Shown in pieces: positions 27,707 through 36,949 of a DNA stretch of 64,000 bases; within the stretch, counting starts at the first letter, position 1; each line of letters opens with the position of its first letter. Both the position numbers and the translations under genes were made by a program. The stretch spans positions 1,278 through 65,277 of the forward strand of contig CAYVFE010000001.1 in assembly GCA_964450885.1 (NCBI GenBank), given 5' to 3'. Under the pieces are notes generated by a model. That model was not told the origin of the DNA. It was given only the letters and a program-made list of their open reading frames with translations, and did not search any database. The DNA comes from an uncultured Gammaproteobacteria bacterium (lineage in GTDB: Bacteria > Patescibacteriota > Microgenomatia > Levybacterales > GWA1-39-11).

Positions 27707-29875
27707 TTAAGGTGATACTTTTCTCCCGTACCTTTCTTTCGAAAGACGAACGATTGTTTCTCTGTTGTCATTTTTAAGCGATGGCGGTGGAAGAGTTTTT
27801 GCAGGGAAAGGAGAAGAGCTCATTCCATCTATCGAAAGCTTCAGGACGATTTCATGCTTTCCCAGAGACACAAGATCGTTTTGAGTATAAATTCCGGCAT
27901 ATTCCTGCTGCAAGAGCGCTGCATCCCCTGCTCCGGTCACAAAGCTTACAAGCGTTCCTGCATTCCCGAAAATCGCCTTCTGGATAGTTATATCCAGTTG
28001 ATCTATATATTGATTCGCAAGCGTTATCGCGAGCCTGTATTTTCTAGCCTCAGAAAGAATCTTTATGAAGGAGCTTGTCGCAAAATTCTGGAACTCATCG
28101 ACATATAGGAAAAAATCCTGCCTATCCTCTTCCTTCATAAAAGCCCTATTCATTGCAGCAAGTTGAATCTGGGTTATTATCATGGCACCTAGAAGTGACG
28201 CGTTATCCTCCCCCAGTTTTCCCTGCGAAAGGTTGAGAAGAAGAATTTTTTTAGTATTCATTATCTCTTCAAGATCGATCGTTGATTTGGGACTACCGAT
28301 GATATTTCTTATCATCTTACTCGATACGAATTGTCCTATTTTATTCTGAATTGGAGAAATAGCCTCGACCCTTAGCTTATCGGTCATCTTATCGAATTCA
28401 TTGTCCCAGAAGTTTCTTATGACAGGATCTGTTATCTGAGGTACTACTTTATTTCTATAATCTCTCTCAGAAAGAATCCTCAGGGCATCAATAAGAGTCG
28501 TTCCTTCTATCTCAAGGAGTGAAAAGATAGTATTTCGTAGTATGTACTCAAGTCTTGGTCCCCACGAATCTGCATATATTTTTGCAAAAATTCCGACTAT
28601 TCCCGAGGCTATGAGATCCTTATGCTGCTTATTTTTGATCTCCAGCACATTTAAAGAAAATGGCCTTTCGGTATCAAATGGCTCAAGGTAAACAACGTCA
28701 TTGAGTCTTCTTTTAGGAATGTAGTCCAGAATCTGCTCGGTCAGATCTCCGTGTGGATCGATAATTCCGATTCCCCTGTCTTTTCTGATGTCATCTATCG
28801 CCATGTTGGCAATAAGAGTCGATTTTCCTGCACCGGTCTTTCCCATGATGTATACGTGTTTTCGTCTATCTTCATTTTTTACTCCAAAAATAGTATTGTT
28901 GTTTTTGAACTCAGTCTGAGCGAAAAAATTAACTTGTCTTTTCTCATCTTCAGAAAGGTTGAATGCTGTAGGCAAATTCTCAGGAGGCTCTCCTTTCAAT
29001 GTCTTACCCCACGATATGTTCTTTATTCCAGCAAGAAGCAGTCCTGGTGGGTGCCACAATGTAGCAAGTTCCTGCGAGTTGAATATCTGATAACGCCTTT
29101 CAAACGTTGGACTTTCACGCTTGGTGAGCCTATTTAGAAACGTTCCTTTGCGGATAAGGGGCTTTTTCAACACCAAATGATTTCCCTCCCCGAGGGAAAA
29201 TGTCCCAAAAGTTCCAGCGAGGTCATGGAGTTGTGGCAACGGAGACATACTATCTGAACTGACTGCAAGCCGTATTATCGCTTTACCACCTTGAAACGAA
29301 GCTTTTTTTACCATTTGCGCTTTTGGCAAGGCATATTCCACGGAAGGCCCCTCTTCCCCGCTACCGCCTTTTTTTACCTCGGTTGTCTGACGGACAATAC
29401 TTGATTGCCAAGGAAAGGATGCGGGGGTAACCAGAATCTGAACCGCCATATTGATATCCTCCGACTGTTTTGCCATAAATCCGACCAGTGAAGTTAAAGG
29501 ATCTATAGAAAAATCAGCATAAGTCTTAAGCGGCAAATAATATCTCTCATTTAGCTTCATCTCACCAATCGCTATGTTTTTTGCTGATAAAATATTTTTT
29601 AAAGGATCATCTGTTGAGCTGATAAAGGACACTGGATAAGAAGATGATATAAGGCTTGTCATATACTGCGCGCTTTGCGAGGGTACGGTTACATAAAAAT
29701 GGATAGTCTTGTTGATAAGAAATAGCTCAAATGAAAAAACCGGAGGGGTTTTGAACATTCTCTTAAAAAGCGACACATGCGATGAAAGAAGGGAAGAAAA
29801 TATCTGGGTTGCAGACTCTATCGACGTCTCGTCATCCTTTGCATTCCTGATATGAAGGTGAGTCAAATTTTGCAT
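27707..29875 (-). CDS. FtsK-HerA superfamily P-loop ATPase (VirB4/TraC/HerA-like, DUF87-type) with a ~350-aa N-terminal domain
   Basis: Walker A 'GKTGAGKST', 'IGIIDPHGDL' (DPKGE-type) and Walker B-like 'LYVDEFQNF'. No N-terminal TM. Confidence 0.6.
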   Translation of the reverse strand: MQNLTHLHIRNAKDDETSIESATQIFSSLLSSHVSLFKRMFKTPPVFSFELFLINKTIHFYVTVPSQSAQYMTSLISSSYPVSFISSTDDPLKNILSAKNIAIGEMKLNERYYLPLKTYADFSIDPLTSLVGFMAKQSEDINMAVQILVTPASFPWQSSIVRQTTEVKKGGSGEEGPSVEYALPKAQMVKKASFQGGKAIIRLAVSSDSMSPLPQLHDLAGTFGTFSLGEGNHLVLKKPLIRKGTFLNRLTKRESPTFERRYQIFNSQELATLWHPPGLLLAGIKNISWGKTLKGEPPENLPTAFNLSEDEKRQVNFFAQTEFKNNNTIFGVKNEDRRKHVYIMGKTGAGKSTLIANMAIDDIRKDRGIGIIDPHGDLTEQILDYIPKRRLNDVVYLEPFDTERPFSLNVLEIKNKQHKDLIASGIVGIFAKIYADSWGPRLEYILRNTIFSLLEIEGTTLIDALRILSERDYRNKVVPQITDPVIRNFWDNEFDKMTDKLRVEAISPIQNKIGQFVSSKMIRNIIGSPKSTIDLEEIMNTKKILLLNLSQGKLGEDNASLLGAMIITQIQLAAMNRAFMKEEDRQDFFLYVDEFQNFATSSFIKILSEARKYRLAITLANQYIDQLDITIQKAIFGNAGTLVSFVTGAGDAALLQQEYAGIYTQNDLVSLGKHEIVLKLSIDGMSSSPFPAKTLPPPSLKNDNRETIVRLSKERYGRKVSP

Positions 29876-29908
29876 ACAATACTTCTAGTATATCAGCTGC
29901 AGGAGGTT

Positions 29909-31795
29909 TTAAAAGCTTTTCGAGGAGGCAATCTTTTTAGGTGCTGTCTTTTTCATTTCGCCTTGCATAAGTTTTACGAATTCGTCAGAATCGAGGCTTT
30001 CTTTCTTAAGTAACGCCTGCGCGACAGCATCCAGACTTTTCCTGTTTTTAGAAAGCGCACTGACAGCTCTTTTCATCCCCTCGTCGAGGATCCTCATCAC
30101 TTCACTATCTATCTTTCCATGCATACTCTCTGAAATCTTTGATGAATCACCATACATAGATACCGACTTCTCGACGTCAAGATTTATGGCTCCTAGATTA
30201 CTCATACCGTATTCGATTACCATAGCGCGTGCAAGACTTGTTGCCTTTTCTATATCATCTGCAGCACCTGTTGTTATGTCATTTTTCGTAAACACCATCT
30301 CCTCAGCAGCACGCCCTCCGAGCATTGTCGCTATCTGCTCAAGAAGTCTAGTTTTTGTCTCGTGCACTCTATCCTGACTTGGGGGAATAAGAGTATGACC
30401 CAGACTCATTCCACGGCCTACAATGCTGATTCTATGTACTGGATCGGCATTTGGCATCGCGTATGACACGATTGCGTGCCCCGACTCATGGTAGGCAGTA
30501 ATTTTCTTGTCCTGATCCGACTGCATTCTCTTTTTTTGAGGGCCCATCTTAACCTTTGTAGCAGCCTCTTCAAGATCTTTTTCATCGATATCGTTCTTGC
30601 TGTGTCTGGCCGCAAGAATCGCGGACTCATTCAACATATTCTCCAAATCTGCCCCAGTAAATCCAACTGTACGTTTTGCAACTGCCTCCCAATTCACGGA
30701 CTTTTTAAAAGGTTTTCCTTTAGAATGAATCTTTATGATTTCACGTCTTCCCTCTATATCCGGATAGCCCACAACAATACGCCTGTCAAATCTTCCAGGG
30801 CGCACCAGCGCGCTATCCAAAATATCAGGCCTATTCGTTGCGGCAATCACCACGATCTGCTCACGTGGAGTGAATCCGTCCATCTCAACTAGTATCTGGT
30901 TTAGTGTCTGCTCCCTCTCATCATGCCCCCCCATCATACTGCCTCCACGGGTACGCCCTATCGCATCGATTTCATCTATAAAGATAATAGCTGGCTGGCT
31001 TTTTTTTGCGTTATTGAACAGGTCACGGACACGAGCGGCTCCTACTCCAACAAGCATTTCCATAAATTCACTACCTGCTATCGAGAAAAACGGGACTTTC
31101 GCCTCCCCAGCGACAGCGCGAGCAAGGAGCGTCTTTCCGGTTCCTGCAGGACCGACCAAAAGTACCCCTTTGGGAGTACGTGCCCCGAACTTATTATATT
31201 TTTCAGGGTGTTTTAGAAAATCCACAACCTCTGACATCTCCTCTTTAGCTTCATCAGCCCCAGCAACGTCGTTAAATGTTACCTTTGGAAAAACTTTATT
31301 GAATGCTTTCGCTTTGCTGCCTCCAAACGAAAATATATTTTCCTGTGAACCCTTCGCCTGTCTAAAAACAAAATAGAAAAACCCGATGATTATCAGTATC
31401 GGTAGAAAAGCGGTAAGAACCCCTACAGCCGTATTTATTCCGGAATTATCTTTGATAGTGATTTTTGTCTCTGAAGGAGAAACACCAGCATTCTGCAAAA
31501 CCTCATAAAGAGATGCTCCGGGTTCTTTATTGCTTGCAGCTTCTTTTCCGTCGTTATACTTTACCTCCAAAGAATTGTCACTTACAATTATTTCCTCTAC
31601 TTTACCTTCATTCACATCAGAAATAACCCTTGAAAGCGGAATATTTTCCTTCGCACCCTCTCCACTGATATCAGAAAATCCGAGAGTTATTATGAGTAGA
31701 AAGATAAAAAGTGCTCCATATAATATGAAGTCTTTCCATCCAAGCCTAAAACCGAGCTTGCTTTTCTTTTTAGAGTTTTTTGATTGCAATTTCAT
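29909..31795 (-). CDS. ftsH: ATP-dependent zinc metalloprotease FtsH
   Basis: Walker A 'GPAGTGKT', SRH 'TNRPDILDSALVRPGRFD', Zn site 'HESGHAIV'. N-terminal TM pair. Confidence 0.92.
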   Translation of the reverse strand: MKLQSKNSKKKSKLGFRLGWKDFILYGALFIFLLIITLGFSDISGEGAKENIPLSRVISDVNEGKVEEIIVSDNSLEVKYNDGKEAASNKEPGASLYEVLQNAGVSPSETKITIKDNSGINTAVGVLTAFLPILIIIGFFYFVFRQAKGSQENIFSFGGSKAKAFNKVFPKVTFNDVAGADEAKEEMSEVVDFLKHPEKYNKFGARTPKGVLLVGPAGTGKTLLARAVAGEAKVPFFSIAGSEFMEMLVGVGAARVRDLFNNAKKSQPAIIFIDEIDAIGRTRGGSMMGGHDEREQTLNQILVEMDGFTPREQIVVIAATNRPDILDSALVRPGRFDRRIVVGYPDIEGRREIIKIHSKGKPFKKSVNWEAVAKRTVGFTGADLENMLNESAILAARHSKNDIDEKDLEEAATKVKMGPQKKRMQSDQDKKITAYHESGHAIVSYAMPNADPVHRISIVGRGMSLGHTLIPPSQDRVHETKTRLLEQIATMLGGRAAEEMVFTKNDITTGAADDIEKATSLARAMVIEYGMSNLGAINLDVEKSVSMYGDSSKISESMHGKIDSEVMRILDEGMKRAVSALSKNRKSLDAVAQALLKKESLDSDEFVKLMQGEMKKTAPKKIASSKSF

Positions 31796-31869
31796 TAAAT
31801 TATTTGGGAAGAGCAGGAACTCTACTTCAAAATGTAGAAAGGTGATTATAACACATATGAACCTGATTT

Positions 31870-32118
31870 TTAAGCTTTCTTGACGGGAACTGGATCAAAT
31901 CCTCCTTTTGAAAAAGGATGACATCGCAAAATCCTTTTCGTCCCCAGATATAATCCTTTAAAGACGCCAAATCTGTTGATGCTTCCTATCATATAGTCCG
32001 AACATGTCGGGCTATACCGACACGACACCTCAGTCAGCGACAGCGCCTTCAATGCTGGAAGCTCAAATACTTCGGCTTTCTGATAGATTTTAATAAGCGA
32101 AATTATTATTTTTTTCAT
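31870..32118 (-). CDS. yidD: Membrane protein insertion efficiency factor YidD
   Basis: 'CRYSPTCSDY' conserved YidD Cys motif. 82 aa. Confidence 0.8.
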   Translation of the reverse strand: MKKIIISLIKIYQKAEVFELPALKALSLTEVSCRYSPTCSDYMIGSINRFGVFKGLYLGTKRILRCHPFSKGGFDPVPVKKA

Positions 32119-32393
32119 GCTGTTTCACGTTTTACCATGTCTGTAAATTTTTCAACTATCTCCTCTTCTTTGACTAACACATTTTTTACCTGGGAAAAAT
32201 ATGATCCCTTCCTGACGTGCTCTAAAAGAGCTTCCAGTTTTTCTTCCTCACCCTGAAGTATCGCCTCCACACGACCGTCTTTGAGATTTCTTACCCACCC
32301 AGTAATCCCCATCTTCTTTGCTTTTCTTCTCACGAAGACGCGGAATCCTACACCCTGCACAAAACCTGAAATATATAAATGGATCTGTTTCAT
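32115..32393 (-). CDS. acyP: Acylphosphatase
   Basis: 'VQGVGFR' and 'GWVRNL.DG.VE' signatures. 92 aa. Confidence 0.8.
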   Translation of the reverse strand: MKQIHLYISGFVQGVGFRVFVRRKAKKMGITGWVRNLKDGRVEAILQGEEEKLEALLEHVRKGSYFSQVKNVLVKEEEIVEKFTDMVKRETA

Positions 32394-32405
32394 AAATTGA
32401 AGTTT

Positions 32406-33383
32406 TTAGGCAAGGCCCATCTTTTCCCTTACTTTCTTAACTGTTTGCCTTGCGACATCTCTTGCTTTTTCATTTCCTTCGGAAATTATTCTATCAACGA
32501 GTTCTTGATTGTCCTCAAACTCTTTTCTCTTATCCTGAATGGGTTTTAGTTCGCTAAATATAGCCTCAGAAAGGTCTCTTTTGATATCACCATATCTTAC
32601 TCCTTCGTTAAGATACATTGTCTGGAGTTTTTCTCGTTTTTCTTTTCCTTCAAAGAGCTCAACGAATTCAAAAAGACTTTTTACTCCCCCTAATATCTCG
32701 TTGCCTTTCCCGCTATCAGTAGGAATTTTGGCAACCTTTGAACTTATTTCTTCCAAATTATCTGTCAGATTTATAAAAGAACCTTCTACACTTTTACTCA
32801 TCTTCCCCTCACCAGTAAGAGATGGGACATACTCACCTTGAGTTTTAAATCGCTGTGGCTCCGGAAAATCAGTACCATAGTCGCTATTAAATCGTCTAAC
32901 GATCTCTCTTGCTACTTCTAGATGCGGCTCCTGATCGATTCCGACAGGCACGAGTCCTGCTTTATAGATCAAAATGTCTGCTGCCATAAGCGTCGGGTAA
33001 TTAAGGAGCGCAAGTGTCGCATGTTCAGGGTATTGCTTCACCTTATCCTTGAATGTAGGCAGATGCTGCATCTTCGCGATTGTCGTGACAGATGATAGAT
33101 AGAATGCGAGCTCCAAGTGCTCATTTACCTCACTTTGCTGAAAAATAACAGATTTTTGTGGATCTAGTCCTGCCGCGAGATAATCCAGAATTACCTCTCG
33201 TCTGTTTTTTCTCAATTCCTCAACACTATAGGGAGTTGTAATAGTATGAACATCCGCAACCATATAAAATGTCTCGTACTCTTCGTTGTTTTGGAGTTCA
33301 AGCATACCTTTTACAGCTCCCAAATAGTTTCCTAAATGAAGTCTTCCTGTTGCTCTTATTCCTGATAAAACTCTCTTTTTCAT
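32406..33383 (-). CDS. trpS: Tryptophan--tRNA ligase
   Basis: Class I; HIGH-region 'TGRLHLGNY' and 'KMSKS'. Size 325 aa typical of TrpS. Confidence 0.88.
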   Translation of the reverse strand: MKKRVLSGIRATGRLHLGNYLGAVKGMLELQNNEEYETFYMVADVHTITTPYSVEELRKNRREVILDYLAAGLDPQKSVIFQQSEVNEHLELAFYLSSVTTIAKMQHLPTFKDKVKQYPEHATLALLNYPTLMAADILIYKAGLVPVGIDQEPHLEVAREIVRRFNSDYGTDFPEPQRFKTQGEYVPSLTGEGKMSKSVEGSFINLTDNLEEISSKVAKIPTDSGKGNEILGGVKSLFEFVELFEGKEKREKLQTMYLNEGVRYGDIKRDLSEAIFSELKPIQDKRKEFEDNQELVDRIISEGNEKARDVARQTVKKVREKMGLA

Positions 33384-33424
33384 AGTTATATTGTACTATT
33401 CTAAACTGAGATGGGCAATTTTAA

Positions 33425-33646
33425 CTATTCACCCAACTCCAGTTCGATGTTTGGCTCAAGATCTCCACTTCTTACTGGAAAATCTCCAGCCGCATCCATC
33501 ATAAAACCAACGTACGTAATTCCCGACATCTCAGGCTTGCCAAAAACAGTATTTGACTCAACTTTCCCGTCCCGTGCTGCGACAAACGGGTGTCCTAATT
33601 CTGTCGTTCCATATATGGCTTCAATGGGTCCGTATTTTTTTTCCAT
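33425..33646 (-). CDS. Small hypothetical protein encoded between the T-box terminator and trpS
   Basis: Strong SD 'GGAGGTG' 7 nt upstream of the ATG. 73 aa. No motif. Confidence 0.4.
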   Translation of the reverse strand: MEKKYGPIEAIYGTTELGHPFVAARDGKVESNTVFGKPEMSGITYVGFMMDAAGDFPVRSGDLEPNIELELGE

Positions 33647-33668
33647 ATTTTTTCACCTCCTCTCAATT

Positions 33669-33714
33669 AAAAAACCCTTGCAAAACTCCAATATAAATTG
33701 GAATCTTACAAGGG
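33669..33714 (-). terminator. Intrinsic terminator of the T-box leader (CCCTTG...CAAGGG stem with inner TCCAAT/ATTGGA stem, then TTTTTT)
   Basis: Hairpin plus U6 tract read directly. Its 5' strand overlaps the antiterminator 3' strand. Confidence 0.55.
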
Positions 33715-33900
33715 CCTTAAAGGATCGGCGGTGCCACCTTGCTTTACCTACAAAAAATGCTCCCTCTTGGGAGCACGTCATAGATCTTATTCATGACGAG
33801 CTCCGGATTTCTCCGACATTCGTTACGGTCTTTTACGGTTTCGTCTCCGTGGGTGATTTAGACCCCGGCTCCCTGGTTCCATCCCTCCAGATCAAAGCTT
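33669..33900 (-). promoter_or_regulatory. T-box riboswitch leader with Trp specifier (UGG), regulating the small ORF and trpS
   Basis: Minus strand: T-box core 'AAGGUGGCACCGCCG' at 33726-33740 (consensus GGUGGNACCGCG, N=C matching the tRNA-Trp discriminator G). Antiterminator 'CAAGG[UGGCACC]GCC...GGCCCUUG' is mutually exclusive with the downstream terminator. Candidate specifier 'GAUGGAA' at ~33877-33883. Stem III hairpin 'UGCUCCCaagaGGGAGCA'. Confidence 0.6.
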
Positions 33901-33926
33901 TATGGCAAAATTATAATTAAGGTTAT

Positions 33927-35318
33927 CTAATTTGTCAAACCAAAAACCTCTTCTTTGAACTTTTCTCCACGGTCTTTATAGTTTTTAAACATATCAAATG
34001 ACGCGCAGGCGGGAGAAAGAAGAACCACATCGCCAACTTCGGCGATTTTTGAGGCTTCCTTTATGATTTCTTCCATGCTGGAACAGTTCTCTATAATCTC
34101 TATCGAATCACTATTTATATCCTCTTTTATCCTCTTCCACTCTTCTCCTATCCCGATGATTGCTTTTACCGATGAAGAATTTGAAATAACCTCACCTAAT
34201 TCTGAAAAGTTGCTATTCTTACTCGATCCACCGAGTATAAGTATTTTGGGATTGTCAAAGCTTTCGATTGCAGCAATCGTCGTCTCTGGGGTCGTTGAGA
34301 ATGAGTCATCATAGTACCTAACTCCACGGACAGTTGCGGCAAGTTCGATCCTATGAGAAAGACCCTTAAAGGACTTAAGAACTGGGATAATAGCGCGCAT
34401 GTCAGCACCTGCCAGAAGAGAGGCTATGACCGCAGCAGCAGCGTTCTCCCAATTATGCTTTCCTGGAAGCAGAAGATTCTCCATGTCAAAAATCTCCTTG
34501 GTGTTCCCACTCATCTTGAGCATCATTTTTCCGTCTTTCACAAAACATCCTTGGTCAAAAACCTCATTCTCGCGGCTCACCTTGTAGGTAGCTGCCTCAC
34601 CTTCAACATCTGATTCGCTGCTTGCGGGATAGTCTTGATTTACTATCGCAAAGTCTTGTGGACCCTGAAATCTGAATATATTCCTCTTTGCATCTATGTA
34701 TTCATAAACATCCTTGTGGTAATCGAGATGCTCGTTTGTCGTCATAAGCATCACTGCAATATGGGGACTTTTATGCAGATCCTGTAGTTGAAAACTCGAC
34801 ATCTCCAAAACTACCCATGAATCCTGATCAAGATTGTCGATGAAGGAAAATGGTGATTCGCCTATGTTTCCGCCCAGATAGACGTCTTCTCCATTCTCCT
34901 TTAGGATCTCGTAGATAAGGCTAGATGTGGTTCCCTTTCCTTTTGTACCTGTCACGCCAATTATCTTTTTCGTGGGGGTAAGATCGAAAAAGAGCTTCGT
35001 TGCGGATGTGATTGTTCTGTCTTTTTTTCTCGCATCCTCCAAAAATGGCTCTGACAATCTTATTCCTGGAGATCTGATAATTATGTCAAATGAAGAAATC
35101 TCATCTTGGCTATTTGTATATAAGGCACCTTTCTTTTCGACTTGCTCAAATCCTTCCAAATCGCTTTTATTTTTTCTATCATACACGCTAACTTCTATTC
35201 CCTTATCTAAAAGATAACTTGCTATGCTTTTCCCCTCAACGCCAAACCCTAGAACCACTATCCTTTTGTTCTTTAGCTGCTCTATCGATTTTATTCCTAG
35301 TTCTTGTGCGCTAATCAT
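33927..35318 (-). CDS. murD: UDP-N-acetylmuramoylalanine--D-glutamate ligase
   Basis: Rossmann N-terminus 'IVVLGFGVEGKS'; Mur ligase P-loop 'GVTGTKGKGTTSS'. 463 aa. Confidence 0.85.
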   Translation of the reverse strand: MISAQELGIKSIEQLKNKRIVVLGFGVEGKSIASYLLDKGIEVSVYDRKNKSDLEGFEQVEKKGALYTNSQDEISSFDIIIRSPGIRLSEPFLEDARKKDRTITSATKLFFDLTPTKKIIGVTGTKGKGTTSSLIYEILKENGEDVYLGGNIGESPFSFIDNLDQDSWVVLEMSSFQLQDLHKSPHIAVMLMTTNEHLDYHKDVYEYIDAKRNIFRFQGPQDFAIVNQDYPASSESDVEGEAATYKVSRENEVFDQGCFVKDGKMMLKMSGNTKEIFDMENLLLPGKHNWENAAAAVIASLLAGADMRAIIPVLKSFKGLSHRIELAATVRGVRYYDDSFSTTPETTIAAIESFDNPKILILGGSSKNSNFSELGEVISNSSSVKAIIGIGEEWKRIKEDINSDSIEIIENCSSMEEIIKEASKIAEVGDVVLLSPACASFDMFKNYKDRGEKFKEEVFGLTN

Positions 35319-36102
35319 AATCTACCTTATCTACATTTTTAATATTAAATCCCAAAAGTTCCTCAGCTACATCTTTAAACATTGCAGCCTCACCTGTGGT
35401 GAAGTAATGATCTTCATCTTTTTTGTCGGAAAGCATATTCTCAAGCCTCAAGACTTCTTTAGTACGCCTACTGACAGCTCCTCCCGAATCCAGTAGCACT
35501 ACGCCTCCACCTACTATTTTTTGGATCTTATCACGCAGGAATGGATAATGAGTACAACCAAGCGCGATAGTATCAACTCCCTTTTTTACCAATTCCGGCA
35601 ATATCCGATTCAGGACCTCATCTATTTCAGGATTGTCTAAATTGCCTTTCTCGACCAACTGCTCAAGGTTACTGCCACCAACCAGCTCGACATCAAGATC
35701 CGGAGCGAATCTTTCGACCAAATCCCTCAAATATTCGCTTTTTGCGGTCGCAGGAGTTGAAAAAACTGCCGTTTTTTTTGTTTTAGTATATTTTTGAAGC
35801 TGCTTTATCACCGGAACCGTACCGATTATGGGAAAATCATATTTTTTTCGCATCTCTTCTATTCCATAGACAGTTGCCGTGTTGCATGCAAGAACTACTG
35901 CTTTTACATTCTTTGACTTAAAAAAGTCCAAAGCTGCAGTCAAAAGCTCTATAATCTGCTCTTTAGTCTTTCCCCCATAGGGGACATTCTTTTGATCCCC
36001 GAGAAACACAAAGCTCTCGTCAGGAAGTTCTTTAAATAACTCTCTGAGAATAGAGAGCCCTCCTACTCCTGAGTCAAATACGCCAATCGGTTTGTTATTC
36101 AT
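35311..36102 (-). CDS. murI: Glutamate racemase
   Basis: 'IGVFDSGVGGLS' and 'ACNTA', 'LGCTHYP' catalytic Cys motifs. Start trimmed so as not to overlap the tRNA. Confidence 0.85.
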   Translation of the reverse strand: MNNKPIGVFDSGVGGLSILRELFKELPDESFVFLGDQKNVPYGGKTKEQIIELLTAALDFFKSKNVKAVVLACNTATVYGIEEMRKKYDFPIIGTVPVIKQLQKYTKTKKTAVFSTPATAKSEYLRDLVERFAPDLDVELVGGSNLEQLVEKGNLDNPEIDEVLNRILPELVKKGVDTIALGCTHYPFLRDKIQKIVGGGVVLLDSGGAVSRRTKEVLRLENMLSDKKDEDHYFTTGEAAMFKDVAEELLGFNIKNVDKVDYD

Positions 36103-36128
36103 GAAGCTATTACTCGCTCGCTTTTTAG

Positions 36129-36201
36129 TAGCTGGAGTGAGATTTGAACTCACGACCTTAGCCTTATGAAGACTCTGCTCTAACCACTGAGCTACCCAGC
36201 C
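36129..36201 (-). tRNA. tRNA-Met (anticodon CAU; elongator or Ile2/lysidine type, not initiator)
   Basis: Hand-folded cloverleaf: acceptor GGCUGGG/UCCAGCU, D-arm GCUC/GAGC, anticodon loop UUCAUAA, T-loop UUCAAAU. G1-U72 pair excludes an initiator. Confidence 0.8.
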
Positions 36202-36238
36202 ATACCAGGCCCTTATTTTAACATTTTAAGCTAGAGAA

Positions 36239-36769
36239 TTAAACAAAATAGAGCTTTTTATTCATAAATGGTATCAGGGCGAGGATTAAGGCGTGTTCGT
36301 AGTATTTTGACCTATCTATAAGGTTTTTAGTTAAAAATCCCACCGTGCCCCCTTTTTTCTTCGAATTCGAGGCTTTAAATACTATATCAGTCGCCTCCCC
36401 CAGTTCTATTCCACTTTCGATAAGACGGCTTATTTCTGCCGGAAGTATAAATATGCCAGTCTTTGATTTTCCGAGGATTCCGTTGACATTTCTGATACTT
36501 ATCCAAGCAAAAGAATCATAAATATCTCCCTTTTTTTCCACACCTCCCTCAATTCCGACAAAATAATCACCGTTCATACTCTTTGCAGCCGCAAGGCTCC
36601 TATTTTCTGCACCCTTTAATGTCTCTTTATCAGTCATGGGCTGAGGAGATACGCCCGAATCAACATTAAGTGATTTGAATACCAATTTTCTACCGCGAAA
36701 AACCTTACCAAATGCACTTTTTACTGCTTTTACTTTGGCTGGATTTTCTGAGGCTATTACTATTTTCAC
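36239..36769 (-). CDS. Non-canonical purine NTP phosphatase, YjjX-like (inosine/xanthosine triphosphatase family)
   Basis: 'KIVIASENPAKV' N-terminus and 'VGIEGG' block resemble the YjjX/Maf-Ham1 superfamily. Confidence 0.55.
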   Translation of the reverse strand: MKIVIASENPAKVKAVKSAFGKVFRGRKLVFKSLNVDSGVSPQPMTDKETLKGAENRSLAAAKSMNGDYFVGIEGGVEKKGDIYDSFAWISIRNVNGILGKSKTGIFILPAEISRLIESGIELGEATDIVFKASNSKKKGGTVGFLTKNLIDRSKYYEHALILALIPFMNKKLYFV

Positions 36770-36861
36770 AACTAAATTATATTACTTACTCGCAAAATTG
36801 TAGCTATTAATTTATAATTCACATTAATTCTCTAGTAAAATTTCACTAGAAATTTTAAAGA

Positions 36862-36945
36862 GGAGGAGTCGGATAGTGGCCCATTCCACATGCTTGGAAA
36901 GTATGCGTGCGCAAGCACTCGCGAGTTCGAATCTCGCCTCCTCCG
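36862..36945 (+). tRNA. tRNA-Ser (anticodon GGA), type II with long variable arm
   Basis: Acceptor GGAGGAG/CUCCUCC, anticodon stem CAUGC/GUAUG with loop UUGGAAA, variable arm ~17 nt, T-arm GCGAG-UUCGAAU-CUCGC. Confidence 0.8.
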
Positions 36946-36949
36946 CAAG

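Noticed and set aside
33411-33920. 169-aa plus-strand ORF covering the trpS leader region
   Set aside because: It is antisense to the T-box leader and to the SD-preceded small ORF. No motif, and it overlaps structured RNA.
36129-36201. Initiator tRNA-fMet assignment for the CAU tRNA
   Set aside because: It has a G1-U72 pair rather than the C1xA72 mismatch and lacks the three consecutive G-C pairs in the anticodon stem. It is better called elongator Met or Ile2.
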